This document shows, one piece after another, positions 20,293-29,490 of a stretch of 64,000 bases of DNA. The notes under the pieces are model-generated. The model saw nothing but the letters and a program-made list of their open reading frames with translations. It was not told the DNA's origin and ran no database searches. A program made the translations under genes and the position numbers. Positions within the stretch are counted from its first letter, which is position 1. Every line of letters starts with the position of its first letter. The stretch is from assembly GCA_004524445.1 (NCBI GenBank), contig SDNP01000004.1:39596-103595 (forward strand), in the 5' to 3' direction. Origin of the DNA: Candidatus Thorarchaeota archaeon (GTDB lineage: Archaea > Asgardarchaeota > Thorarchaeia > Thorarchaeales > Thorarchaeaceae).

Positions 20293-20329
20293 TGCCGAAA
20301 TCTTCACAGAGAGATAATTGGTGGAAAAA

Positions 20330-20470
20330 ATGAAACTTGTAACACTACATGTCCCAGAAACCTACATCGATGGATTGGAGAAATTGGTTGACAGCAATCT
20401 CTATCCCAATAGATCTGAGGCAATTCGTATAGCAATCCGTGACCTGCTTAAAAGAGAGCTCTGGGGTTAG
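20330..20470 (+). CDS. CopG/CdrS-like ribbon-helix-helix transcription regulator (46 aa)
   Basis: Below the ORF-track cutoff. MKLVTLHVPETYIDGLEKLVDSNLYPNRSEAIRIAIRDLLKRELWG; PNRSEAIR.A.RDL signature; GGTGG SD. Confidence 0.92.
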   Translation: MKLVTLHVPETYIDGLEKLVDSNLYPNRSEAIRIAIRDLLKRELWG

Positions 20471-20793
20471 ATTCAGCCTTCACCTAGGACCGCCTTCGTG
20501 TGAGAAACGCCACGAACCTGTATGGCTGAGCGTCCACCCCGCCCTTTCATTTATGCAGAGTAATGAGATACAAGTGCAGGTCAAGATTTGATTTTGACTA
20601 CCGGCCTAGTAATGGGCAATTATTTCAGAACTGAATTTTGTTGATTGCGATTTTCCAAATTAGTTGGTTGAATATGGACCTATCCAGCAAAAACAGCAAA
20701 TCTTCATTGTGTCTACCTGAATTGCTTTAACTGGATAAATGATTACATTCATGTAAATTGCAATTTTGCTTTCCCCGTCAGGAGAAACCATTC

Positions 20794-21768
20794 ATGGACT
20801 CAGATGTCAAAGAAAAAATGAAACAACACAAGACCATCAGAGTTATTCGTGGTTGCCCTTGTTTCAAAGTCTTCGGTGATGAAAAGCTCTGTGTCAATGA
20901 CGACAGCATTTTGGAACTTGATGTTATGGAGATGGATCCATCGTTCTTCAATTTACATACAACGAAAGAATCACTAGAAAAAGAGAAGGCCGATAAGGGA
21001 AATCTATGTTATCTCTGCATATACTCCAACTATCCTGACAATAGGGTGTACTGTATTTCACAGGGTTGGAACCTTAGGATACATGGCAAGGACGTCAGAG
21101 CTGATGAGCTGGAAGATGCAATGCAATTTCTATCAACAACTGATAAATCCGCCAGTGCAGAACTATGTAGTGATTGTCTCTATAAATTCCTCCTCACTCT
21201 GGGAGAATCTTTTACCGACATTATGTCAGAAACTGAGAAAATGGAGGAAATCAAGAAATATGTTGATGAATTCTCCATCATGATAGCAATCAAGCTGAGT
21301 GAAACAGATGATCAGATGGGGGCAATAGGGCAATTAGAAGATAAGGGTGAAGAATTAGACCATGTTGCGATTATTCAGAGATACCTTATTCAACTTCAGG
21401 ACCAACAAAATGAATACGTGAAGATTCATGAGAGACTTGAGAGAGAGGACGCTCCGTGTTGGATATTAGATTTGATTGAGGAAAGGCAGAAACTGGCACG
21501 TCTTGAATTTCAATTTTACAGTCAAGTCCTTCTTCTGAGGAGCATTACCGATTTTCATTTGGTAATCAAAGTGCTGTATTTTATTCTGGAAACCTCTTCT
21601 AGAATTCTTGCGCTTAACTCGGACATCCACAGCAAAATCCCTTCAGAAGAATTCATCGAGAAAAGCAAATACGACGGTGAACTGGCTATACTTTTAAATT
21701 ATAAGAGCAAGGGCAGAGCTATTGAACATAACTTCGGAAACATTCTTCAAATCCTCGGAAGATTGTGA
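20794..21768 (+). CDS. Cys-rich hypothetical protein, paralog 1
   Basis: ATG 20794 with GGAG SD; colinear similarity to the next gene. Confidence 0.85.
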   Translation: MDSDVKEKMKQHKTIRVIRGCPCFKVFGDEKLCVNDDSILELDVMEMDPSFFNLHTTKESLEKEKADKGNLCYLCIYSNYPDNRVYCISQGWNLRIHGKDVRADELEDAMQFLSTTDKSASAELCSDCLYKFLLTLGESFTDIMSETEKMEEIKKYVDEFSIMIAIKLSETDDQMGAIGQLEDKGEELDHVAIIQRYLIQLQDQQNEYVKIHERLEREDAPCWILDLIEERQKLARLEFQFYSQVLLLRSITDFHLVIKVLYFILETSSRILALNSDIHSKIPSEEFIEKSKYDGELAILLNYKSKGRAIEHNFGNILQILGRL

Positions 21769-21802
21769 AAAAGATGGGATATGAATAGGGAAGAGAGCAG
21801 TA

Positions 21803-22702
21803 ATGAAGGAGCCAAAGGCATTCGGGTTCTGCCCCTGTTATAGGGACTTCAAGGGTGAAATCCTCTGTGTTAATGATGACGATATAATAGACATCGAACC
21901 CATGACGCTAGGCACAGACATTCTTGGATCCAATCCTACTACAGAGGAGATAGAGCGATTCAGGTGCGACGACGGCCAGACATGCTATATGTCCATTTAC
22001 ATAGACAATGGCGGAGTCTATTGTTTATCTCAGGGGTGGCCTATTCGTATTCATGGGAGAGATGTGTCTGCAGAAGACTTGATCACAGCACTCAGGCTCT
22101 ATTTCATTGGCGAGATTCAACCCACTCTTGATTGTGCAACTTGCATATACGGCATCCTCCTTGCTTTAGTAATGTCAGAAGAGAAGCAATTTGACTCAAT
22201 CAAAAGATACCTTGATGAGTTCTCTTTAAAAATCGCTATCAATCTGAGCGAACTAAGCTCAGTGGAAGATGAGGAAGAAATTGATTACTTCGGAATCGTC
22301 AGAGCATATCTTGTAGATCTCCTCGAACAACAGAAATTCTGGCACAAAGCACAAAGAGGTATAGAGGAAAAAGAAGAAGATGGAGATTGGCTGAAAATTC
22401 TGGCCAGGCATATGGAAACACTTGATCGTCTGCAATTCCAGTTCTATAGCCAGGTTCTGAATATAAGAGGGACTGAGAACCAAAGAATACTGGTTAGGAT
22501 GCTGTACCATATTCTGAATACCGCGAAGGATATCTTCGAGGCAAATGATGCAGTATCAACGATAATCATGTCTGATAGAGGCACGTCATACAGAAACAAT
22601 AATGATAACGATATTGCAAATAGAATGGAAGAGTACGTTGAGAGGAGCATGACCATCGACCACTTTTTCGGGAACATTCTAGATATAATGAAGTCCACAT
22701 AA
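21803..22702 (+). CDS. Cys-rich hypothetical protein, paralog 2
   Basis: Shares CPC, LCVNDD, VYC.SQGW..RIHG.DV, CxxC, FQFYSQVL and FGNIL blocks with 20794..21768. Confidence 0.85.
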   Translation: MKEPKAFGFCPCYRDFKGEILCVNDDDIIDIEPMTLGTDILGSNPTTEEIERFRCDDGQTCYMSIYIDNGGVYCLSQGWPIRIHGRDVSAEDLITALRLYFIGEIQPTLDCATCIYGILLALVMSEEKQFDSIKRYLDEFSLKIAINLSELSSVEDEEEIDYFGIVRAYLVDLLEQQKFWHKAQRGIEEKEEDGDWLKILARHMETLDRLQFQFYSQVLNIRGTENQRILVRMLYHILNTAKDIFEANDAVSTIIMSDRGTSYRNNNDNDIANRMEEYVERSMTIDHFFGNILDIMKST

Positions 22703-22782
22703 CTGCCAATTCGGTCGCTGCAGAGTCATTATGATTCCTAGAACAGACGACTTTGACTTCTGCCATTCAAATTTCTGATTAC

Positions 22783-23739
22783 TTAGTTGTCAAATCCGTA
22801 AGTATTGACAAGCCACTGCACATATTTCCTTACCCCATTTTCCAAGCTTGTTTTGGGTTGCCAACCCAACGACTTGAGCAGACTTATGTCAATATCCGTG
22901 ATTACAACGTCTCCTGCCCATCCCCTCTTAGAACCTGTATATTCAATCCTTGCCTCTTCCAAGTTGAGAGATTCCACTACCAATTCAGCTATGCGTGAAA
23001 CCTTGAGCCGCTCACCAGAACCAATGTTTATGGGAAGATAGCCCCCATCTATATTTTGTGATACGCAGAGTGTTGCATCAACTGCATCACTGACATACAT
23101 GTAGGATTTTTCTTGACGCCCATCTCCTAGGACCTCCAATCGTGAGGGGTTTCTCTTCAGCTTCATGAAGAAATCATATATGACTCCATGCGTTGAACGA
23201 GACCCAATGATATTGGCGAATCGTAAGCTTGCACATTTAATGCCGTAGAGCGTTGAAAAGGATGAAAGATACATCTCTACAGCACCCTTTGCAGCCCCGT
23301 AATTGCTTATCGGGCGGAATGCGGTCGACTCAGGCGTGGGAAACTCATCAGTTTCACCATAGACTGTTCCTCCTGAGGATGCAAAAAGAATCTTGGCAAC
23401 ATCATTCTTTCTGGATTCATCCAATAGTTTCATGCTCCCTACGACATTGATTTCAAAATCCCAATACGGTTTCTGGACACTAAGACGTACATCTGGCTGC
23501 GCTGCAAAATGCAAAACAATGTCAACATCTTCAAGAGCTCTTTCTAGGTCATCATTAGATGTTATCGATCCTTTGATGAAACGGAAGTTATCCTTGCTCA
23601 TATGGGATTCAATATTGGATTTCAAGCCCCCTGAGAGGTCATCTAGTACTACTACGTCGTTCTTTTCGATCAGGGAGTCAACCAAATGACTTCCGATAAA
23701 CCCAGCCCCGCCAGTTACCAGCACTCTACTCATATTCAA
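22783..23739 (-). CDS. NAD-dependent epimerase/dehydratase (UDP-glucose 4-epimerase-like)
   Basis: TGGAGFIGSH, YGAAK catalytic motif, GWAGDV. Confidence 0.93.
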   Translation of the reverse strand: MNMSRVLVTGGAGFIGSHLVDSLIEKNDVVVLDDLSGGLKSNIESHMSKDNFRFIKGSITSNDDLERALEDVDIVLHFAAQPDVRLSVQKPYWDFEINVVGSMKLLDESRKNDVAKILFASSGGTVYGETDEFPTPESTAFRPISNYGAAKGAVEMYLSSFSTLYGIKCASLRFANIIGSRSTHGVIYDFFMKLKRNPSRLEVLGDGRQEKSYMYVSDAVDATLCVSQNIDGGYLPINIGSGERLKVSRIAELVVESLNLEEARIEYTGSKRGWAGDVVITDIDISLLKSLGWQPKTSLENGVRKYVQWLVNTYGFDN

Positions 23740-23780
23740 GACCTAATCACGAAAAAAAGGCGGTTGATAAATATGTATTC

Positions 23781-24383
23781 CTAGACGGAAAAACGCGGGT
23801 CTTCCAGTATTGCTCGAATAAAATCTATGGCAGAATGAGTAACTCGTTCAATATTCCACTCATCAACAAACTCACGGTATAATCTCCATTCCTCCAAAAA
23901 TGCTGACCCGATAACTCCTAGCTCTTCTTTTGTAACTGGGTCACCTTTTCCCATCCCAGAGCAAATTTCAACCAGGGCATGAAGACCCCATTTCATATCG
24001 CCATCAGAACGTTCGAACACAAATGGGAAGCTCCGGCATACACCAGGCCGAGCAGGATGAACCATACACAAATTATCCTTCAGAAACACGCAAGAATCAT
24101 CTTCTAGCTTCTTAAGTGCAGGATATGCAGGTCCTCTTTCTGTTAAGACTGATGGTGTGTCTTGAAGACCCATTGGAATAGTTTCATCCTCGGGAACAAC
24201 ATAGAAGTCGAGAGCTCGCATCATTTGATTTGCAGAAAGTCCAAGAGCATACGCAAGCCTCGCAATATCTCTTCCATTTACCGTCACCAAAATTTGCTCG
24301 TGCCGACAACACGCCCCACATTGTGTGCATTCAAATCGAACGTCAGTAGATATGTCTTTCCTGCTATTGCCATTCTCAGACAG
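23781..24383 (-). CDS. YkgJ family (CxxCxxCC) Zn/Fe-chelating cysteine-cluster protein, probable CTG start
   Basis: In-frame sequence upstream of the track start encodes FECTQCGACC; later CVFL...CMVHPARPGVCRSFPF. Confidence 0.88.
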   Translation of the reverse strand: MSENGNSRKDISTDVRFECTQCGACCRHEQILVTVNGRDIARLAYALGLSANQMMRALDFYVVPEDETIPMGLQDTPSVLTERGPAYPALKKLEDDSCVFLKDNLCMVHPARPGVCRSFPFVFERSDGDMKWGLHALVEICSGMGKGDPVTKEELGVIGSAFLEEWRLYREFVDEWNIERVTHSAIDFIRAILEDPRFSV

Positions 24384-24395
24384 CTAGGGCACGAC

Positions 24396-25562
24396 CTAAG
24401 AAAAAGTTTCGAGGTACTTCTTCAGCTTTGTGAGACCGTTTTCGATTGACTCCATATCAGTTGCATATGAGAATCTCAAATTGTAATCATAATCGGTACC
24501 AAATGCTACTCCGGGAGTGCTACATACTCCGACCATTTTCAGCAGCAGTTCTGCCAGGGTTGCACTGGTAAGTCCATATTCTGAGAAGTCTGGAAAGACA
24601 TAGAATGCACCCATAGGGTTAGCACACTGGATGCCTTCAATCTCACAAAAGAGCTCTGTTATGCGATCACGGCGCCTTTGATACTCGGCTCTAACATTCT
24701 CAATAAAGCTCTGATCTCCCCTTAAGGCTTCAATGCCAGCATGTTGAACAAACGATGTAGCACACGAAGTTGTATTTTGCTGAATACGTACCAAGTTATT
24801 GATAGATTCAGGATTGCCTATTGCGTAGCCTAGTCTCCAACCAGTCATAGAATAAGCTTTGGAAAACCCGCTTATTGCCATCGTACGCTCCATAGAGGGG
24901 TCAACTTTTAGCATACTCTTCTGTTCAAAGCCATCGTAGACTAATGCATCATATATCTCATCACTGAAGACCAAGAAATCATAGTCTTCTGCCACATCGT
25001 GTATCAGCTTCAAATCCTCTTCGTCTAACACCCCACCCGTTGGGTTATTCGGGCTATTGACTATGATAGCGCTAACATGCCTATTTGCACGAGCCTTCAA
25101 TAATTCCGGGTCCAGTTTGTAATCCATGCTAGTAGGTACATCAATTGGTTTTCCACCAGCAGTTCTTACCATGACGCGATATGTTGGCCAGGCCGGCGAC
25201 AAAACTAGGACATCATCTCCTTGGTCGATTGCAGCATAGAGCCCACCAAAGAGCGCCATCTTTGCCCCGGGTGTAACAATAACATTCCTTCTGCCATCAA
25301 TCTTAATCCCCCTTTTCCCATAGGTTTCTTCTATGGCGTCCAAGAGCGGAGGTATGCCCCGCGCGGGCGTGTAGCGTGTATGCCCAGCCTTGAGTGCATC
25401 GATTGCAGCGTCTACTATATTCTTCGGAGTGTCATAATCCGGCTGCCCAACCTCAAAGTGATAGACTTGTCGACCCTCTCGTTCAAGACGATTGGCCAAT
25501 TCAAACATCTTGAGGGTACCCGATGCCGGAATTCTTTCCATTATGTGAGATGTCCAGTCCAT
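24396..25562 (-). CDS. PLP-dependent aminotransferase class I/II (aspartate aminotransferase-like)
   Basis: GQPD, NSPNNPTG, SDEIY, SKAYSMTGWRLGY. Confidence 0.95.
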   Translation of the reverse strand: MDWTSHIMERIPASGTLKMFELANRLEREGRQVYHFEVGQPDYDTPKNIVDAAIDALKAGHTRYTPARGIPPLLDAIEETYGKRGIKIDGRRNVIVTPGAKMALFGGLYAAIDQGDDVLVLSPAWPTYRVMVRTAGGKPIDVPTSMDYKLDPELLKARANRHVSAIIVNSPNNPTGGVLDEEDLKLIHDVAEDYDFLVFSDEIYDALVYDGFEQKSMLKVDPSMERTMAISGFSKAYSMTGWRLGYAIGNPESINNLVRIQQNTTSCATSFVQHAGIEALRGDQSFIENVRAEYQRRRDRITELFCEIEGIQCANPMGAFYVFPDFSEYGLTSATLAELLLKMVGVCSTPGVAFGTDYDYNLRFSYATDMESIENGLTKLKKYLETFS

Positions 25563-25625
25563 ATCAGACCCACCAAGGCGTGACTATAAGCACTCTACAG
25601 ATGTATGGTTCTTCTCTGAGTGGTA

Positions 25626-26471
25626 TTATATCCCTTTTGGCAACATACAATCTCTAAGACTCTTCTCAAGTAACGTCTTTTGATGTTCAGTACCATGTAC
25701 GTTGATATGGTCGACAGCAGCCTGCCCTAAGCCCTGATTGTGTGCCTTCAGAAGGTGAGGGATATCAAAGGGGTCAAATCCGAGTAGTTTCGCACAGTAG
25801 GAGTCGATAGCTACGGGGTCCTCTCCAACGACTACCCCACCAACGAATTTGGTCTTCTTTTCTTCTCGCTTGCCAAGAACAACATTTGTCATTTCAAGAA
25901 TGGTAAAATCGGGTTTGTAATGGAAGAGTAAGTCTTGCAACACATCATCGATTGCATCATGATATACAGACTTGTCTTTCTCGGGAATCAGGCCAAACAG
26001 ATTCTTAACAGACCCACCTATAGTACATATATTGGGTTCTGCCTTCAGAGTTGCGAGATTTACAAGAAATTGCGAGTTCTCTATTGTTTCTGGCATCTCA
26101 TGTTTTTGAAAGAAATTCCCCGGAAAATCCACAGGCACCTTCTCATCCTGGCTGAGATTCTTGAAGCGTACACGCTCAGATAACGCAGTAGTACAACCCA
26201 AATTATGGAAAGCGCTTTCTGCACTACGAATCGGATTGTCACTCTCAACAACAACCAGTTTCGCAATATCTTCAAACACATTCACTACAGACATCATCAT
26301 TCCTAGGGAGGTATTTCCAGGCAATGCAGGATCATATATGGATGGTTTGATGATAATTTCATCAATGCCCTCTGCGAACCGAACTGGTTGGGGAAGCTTT
26401 GAAATGGCGACAGATAAAGCCTCCAAGGGGTTCTTCTTCACGGCCACCGAAATATCAGTAGTTAATTGCAT
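25626..26471 (-). CDS. DUF362 domain protein
   Basis: IIIKP, NLATLK, GSVKNLFGLIP, DPVAID motifs. Confidence 0.8.
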   Translation of the reverse strand: MQLTTDISVAVKKNPLEALSVAISKLPQPVRFAEGIDEIIIKPSIYDPALPGNTSLGMMMSVVNVFEDIAKLVVVESDNPIRSAESAFHNLGCTTALSERVRFKNLSQDEKVPVDFPGNFFQKHEMPETIENSQFLVNLATLKAEPNICTIGGSVKNLFGLIPEKDKSVYHDAIDDVLQDLLFHYKPDFTILEMTNVVLGKREEKKTKFVGGVVVGEDPVAIDSYCAKLLGFDPFDIPHLLKAHNQGLGQAAVDHINVHGTEHQKTLLEKSLRDCMLPKGI

Positions 26472-26582
26472 AGCTTACAATACCTATCGTGGGATTTTCA
26501 GTTGAGTGAAACGCCATAATTTGAGCAGGATCACTCGAACGAGATACAAAATCATCTCATTCACACTATTCGTATTCTTGAT

Positions 26583-27539
26583 TCAGGTTCCGAAGAATAA
26601 TCGCCTAGCTCTGCGCTTCCGCTCTTCCTCGCTATCGTCAGTTTCAGGTGGCGGCGGAGGCGGAGGGGGCGTTTGTTTCTCATTTTCTTCTGTCCCATCT
26701 GAAGCTTCGCCAACATCTTCGTCCTCCAAGTCCTCATCATCTTCTAATTCCTCGGGCACCGGCGGTTCATCCATCGGACTCCAAGATTTAGGTGCAGACA
26801 TTGATTCCTTCTCCGTGTATTCACCTTCGGAAGTTTCATCCATTTCTGACTCGTAGTCTTTCCAAGTGAAGGATGGTTCATCAGAATCCTCTAAATCAGA
26901 TGTGTCCACATCTTCTTCAATCTCAGAGTCTGTTTCCTCATGGCCAATAGCATCCGAGTCTATTGGTGCTACTTCTGCAATAGTATCTGCAGTTTCTATT
27001 GGCTCTTCACTTGAGGGCTCAGCGGGCTCTGTTTCTTCCAATTCATAGGGCATTGGCTCAGCTACTTCAAAATCCTCTTCGAAATCGCGTGCCTCACCAT
27101 CCGTCAATGATTCTTCACTCATTGAGGCAGTAGTTCCGGCGATTGAGTCAACCATGCCAGAAGACGATTCGTCTACAGATAACTCGTCATGTTCTTCTTC
27201 CGTCAAGTACTCTTCGTCGGATTCTTGTTCATACTCGGCATCTTCTGGAAAATGGCTGGATTCGAAATCCGTTCCGGGATGCTCATCTTCCAATTCTTCA
27301 TCTTCCTCATCAGCGTATTCTTTGTCATCTTTTTCCCTGTCGAATCTCAGACCTAGCTGTTCACTAAGACAGCTTTCACATCGTTTCGCAGCTGCAATCA
27401 GTCCATCATGAATAAACTCTTCGAGGGTTTTTGCATCCGCTTTGTATCTGCTTGACCATTTTACAAATGAATCGACCATTCTAAGGGCATCTCGGACACC
27501 CATCCAGTATTCATCTGATTTCTTCTTCTCGGAATTCAA
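26583..27539 (-). CDS. Acidic low-complexity protein with N-terminal CxxC helical domain and C-terminal Pro8 tract
   Basis: TTG start 27539 after GGAGTGGTG; long E/D-rich region; ends PPPPPPPPETDDSEEERKRRARRLFFGT. Confidence 0.85.
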   Translation of the reverse strand: MNSEKKKSDEYWMGVRDALRMVDSFVKWSSRYKADAKTLEEFIHDGLIAAAKRCESCLSEQLGLRFDREKDDKEYADEEDEELEDEHPGTDFESSHFPEDAEYEQESDEEYLTEEEHDELSVDESSSGMVDSIAGTTASMSEESLTDGEARDFEEDFEVAEPMPYELEETEPAEPSSEEPIETADTIAEVAPIDSDAIGHEETDSEIEEDVDTSDLEDSDEPSFTWKDYESEMDETSEGEYTEKESMSAPKSWSPMDEPPVPEELEDDEDLEDEDVGEASDGTEENEKQTPPPPPPPPETDDSEEERKRRARRLFFGT

Positions 27540-27608
27540 ATCGAGCACCACTCCGGAGCTTGTGATATATTGAGAAAAGGGTTTCCATAACAAGTCTAGT
27601 ATTATAGG

Positions 27609-28067
27609 CTATTTTTTCCTCTTTTCCAAAATCTCTTCAACGAGTTCGCCAAGATTGTATATCAATTGGTTCTTCTGATAGTCTTCAATTTGATCCCCCA
27701 CAAAGACAATCCGAGTAGGGATCCCTGCTCCCAGCTTCTCACGGACCTCGTTCCTGTAGATAGATTCTATTTCAGGATCGGGCTCTTTCATTATAATGAG
27801 CACGCCCTTCGCACCAGTAAATGTGACGGTCAAGAGAACGTCAAGCGCGGTGTGCTTTGGAGACATGGTCACGGCACGTACATCAGTGCCCTCAGCTTCA
27901 ATTTCAGTTGATCCTATTCGAATTCCATCAATTGAAACCACATTCTCATTAAGAACACGCAATACTTCATCCAATAAGGAATCATCAGGACCAACAACGG
28001 TTACTTTGAACAGATACTTGGCCCTTCTCTTTTTGCCATCAGATTCATTATTCGTTTTAGGCGACAT
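27609..28067 (-). CDS. Degenerate Rab/Ras-like small GTPase-fold protein
   Basis: KYLFKVTVVG, FTGAKGVLII, IPTRIVFVG align with Rab beta1, beta4, beta5; GKT, DxxG and NKxD are absent. Confidence 0.65.
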   Translation of the reverse strand: MSPKTNNESDGKKRRAKYLFKVTVVGPDDSLLDEVLRVLNENVVSIDGIRIGSTEIEAEGTDVRAVTMSPKHTALDVLLTVTFTGAKGVLIIMKEPDPEIESIYRNEVREKLGAGIPTRIVFVGDQIEDYQKNQLIYNLGELVEEILEKRKK

Positions 28068-28221
28068 TTGATTTTCCTCATGATTCTTGGCCTTTCATAT
28101 CGCGAGTGCTATGAAATCTATGAAAACAAAGTGTGGATTGGCTGATATGTCTTATCTTCACATCAAAATTCATGGAACCATGCTAGCCTAACACTCTTAA
28201 GAAGCTCCAATCAAGTGCGAT

Positions 28222-28581
28222 TTGGAGATTCACTTGGTAACAAAAGATGATGTATTTGAAGCTCTCAAGTCAGTACAGGATCCCGAGCATCCCATCTCTA
28301 TTACTGATCCGAGAATTGGTATTGTAAAGAAGGATTACGTCAATACGAATGATGAAAGCATTTCTGTTCAATTCAAACCAACCGTGCCATACTGTCCGAT
28401 GGGTGGATTAATTGGCGTATTGATTAGAAGACGGTTGGAAGAGGTATTCCACCATAAGAAGATAGAGGTTTCACTGGTACCGGGAACTCATAGTCAAGAA
28501 GACGCAGTGAATCAGATGGTATCGGATGACACCAGATACAATCAAATCCTAAACAAAATGAAAGAACAAGGAATGGCATAG
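28222..28581 (+). CDS. DUF59/MIP18-family Fe-S cluster assembly protein
   Basis: VQDPEHPISI, PTVPYCPMG motifs. Confidence 0.9.
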   Translation: MEIHLVTKDDVFEALKSVQDPEHPISITDPRIGIVKKDYVNTNDESISVQFKPTVPYCPMGGLIGVLIRRRLEEVFHHKKIEVSLVPGTHSQEDAVNQMVSDDTRYNQILNKMKEQGMA

Positions 28582-28636
28582 GCAACCCTGTTATTCCACT
28601 CATATCCGTAGAATACTGAAGAATAGAGATGATTTT

Positions 28637-28990
28637 ATGCGTAAAGGTGGTTTCCTAATATCGCTTGGCACCATTTTGGTTATAATTGGATTCATCTTTC
28701 TTATGGTGGAAGGCGGCTCTGTTGATACATTCTTCTTTGTTTTTCCATTCTTCTTTTTCGCAGGCAGTAGCTCGCCCGATTTTATGATTATCCTACTCGT
28801 AATGATCTTTCTCGCGTTTACTCTGTTCTTTTTTTGCATACCGCTGAGATGGGGTTCGCGAAGCCCTCGTGCACTCGATTATGAGCACCAGGCTGAAATA
28901 CAAGAATATTGCCCATATTGTCATAGCAGAATCAGTAATGATGCCATTTATTGCCACAAATGCGGCGAGAGAGTTGTAGATTCCGAGTAA
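28637..28990 (+). CDS. Membrane protein with C-terminal zinc ribbon
   Basis: Hydrophobic N-terminal half; CPYC...CHKCG. Confidence 0.82.
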   Translation: MRKGGFLISLGTILVIIGFIFLMVEGGSVDTFFFVFPFFFFAGSSSPDFMIILLVMIFLAFTLFFFCIPLRWGSRSPRALDYEHQAEIQEYCPYCHSRISNDAIYCHKCGERVVDSE

Positions 28991-29007
28991 GCACATTGGG
29001 ATTACAA

Positions 29008-29490
29008 ATGCAATTGAGTGTGTCTTGTGTGGTCAACGTAAGAATCCCCGGGGTTGAAGATTTATCAAGAATCAACGAGATAGAGGAGGAAAGTTTCCCA
29101 CACCCTTGGAATCCAGATGTATTTCAAGACATTGTGGAGTATCAAGGCAAACTGATGCTCGAAGGTGCAATCATCCGAATGATAGTGGCGACTAAGCAAG
29201 ATAGAGTTGCAGGATATATTGTATGGACAGAAGGTCGGAATCTTTCCGAAGGGCATATCCTCAATATTGCAGTCAGGAAAAAGCTATGGGGTCGGGGTAT
29301 AGGTCGCAAGCTACTTGAGTATTCAATAGACTCCATGACTCAGCAGAATATGAACCAAGTACGTCTTGAAGTGCGTGAGGGCAATTTGAGAGCCAGAGAG
29401 TTTTATGAACAACGGGGATTTCAACAAAAGGGCAGGTTCCCCGCCTATTATGAAGATGAGGATGCACTCTGCTATTATTTACGTCTTTAA
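29008..29490 (+). CDS. rimI: RimI/Ard1-type N-acetyltransferase (GNAT)
   Basis: IEEESFPHPW, HILNIAV, GRGIG, LEVREGN, YYEDEDA. Start 29008 or 29029. Confidence 0.88.
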   Translation: MQLSVSCVVNVRIPGVEDLSRINEIEEESFPHPWNPDVFQDIVEYQGKLMLEGAIIRMIVATKQDRVAGYIVWTEGRNLSEGHILNIAVRKKLWGRGIGRKLLEYSIDSMTQQNMNQVRLEVREGNLRAREFYEQRGFQQKGRFPAYYEDEDALCYYLRL

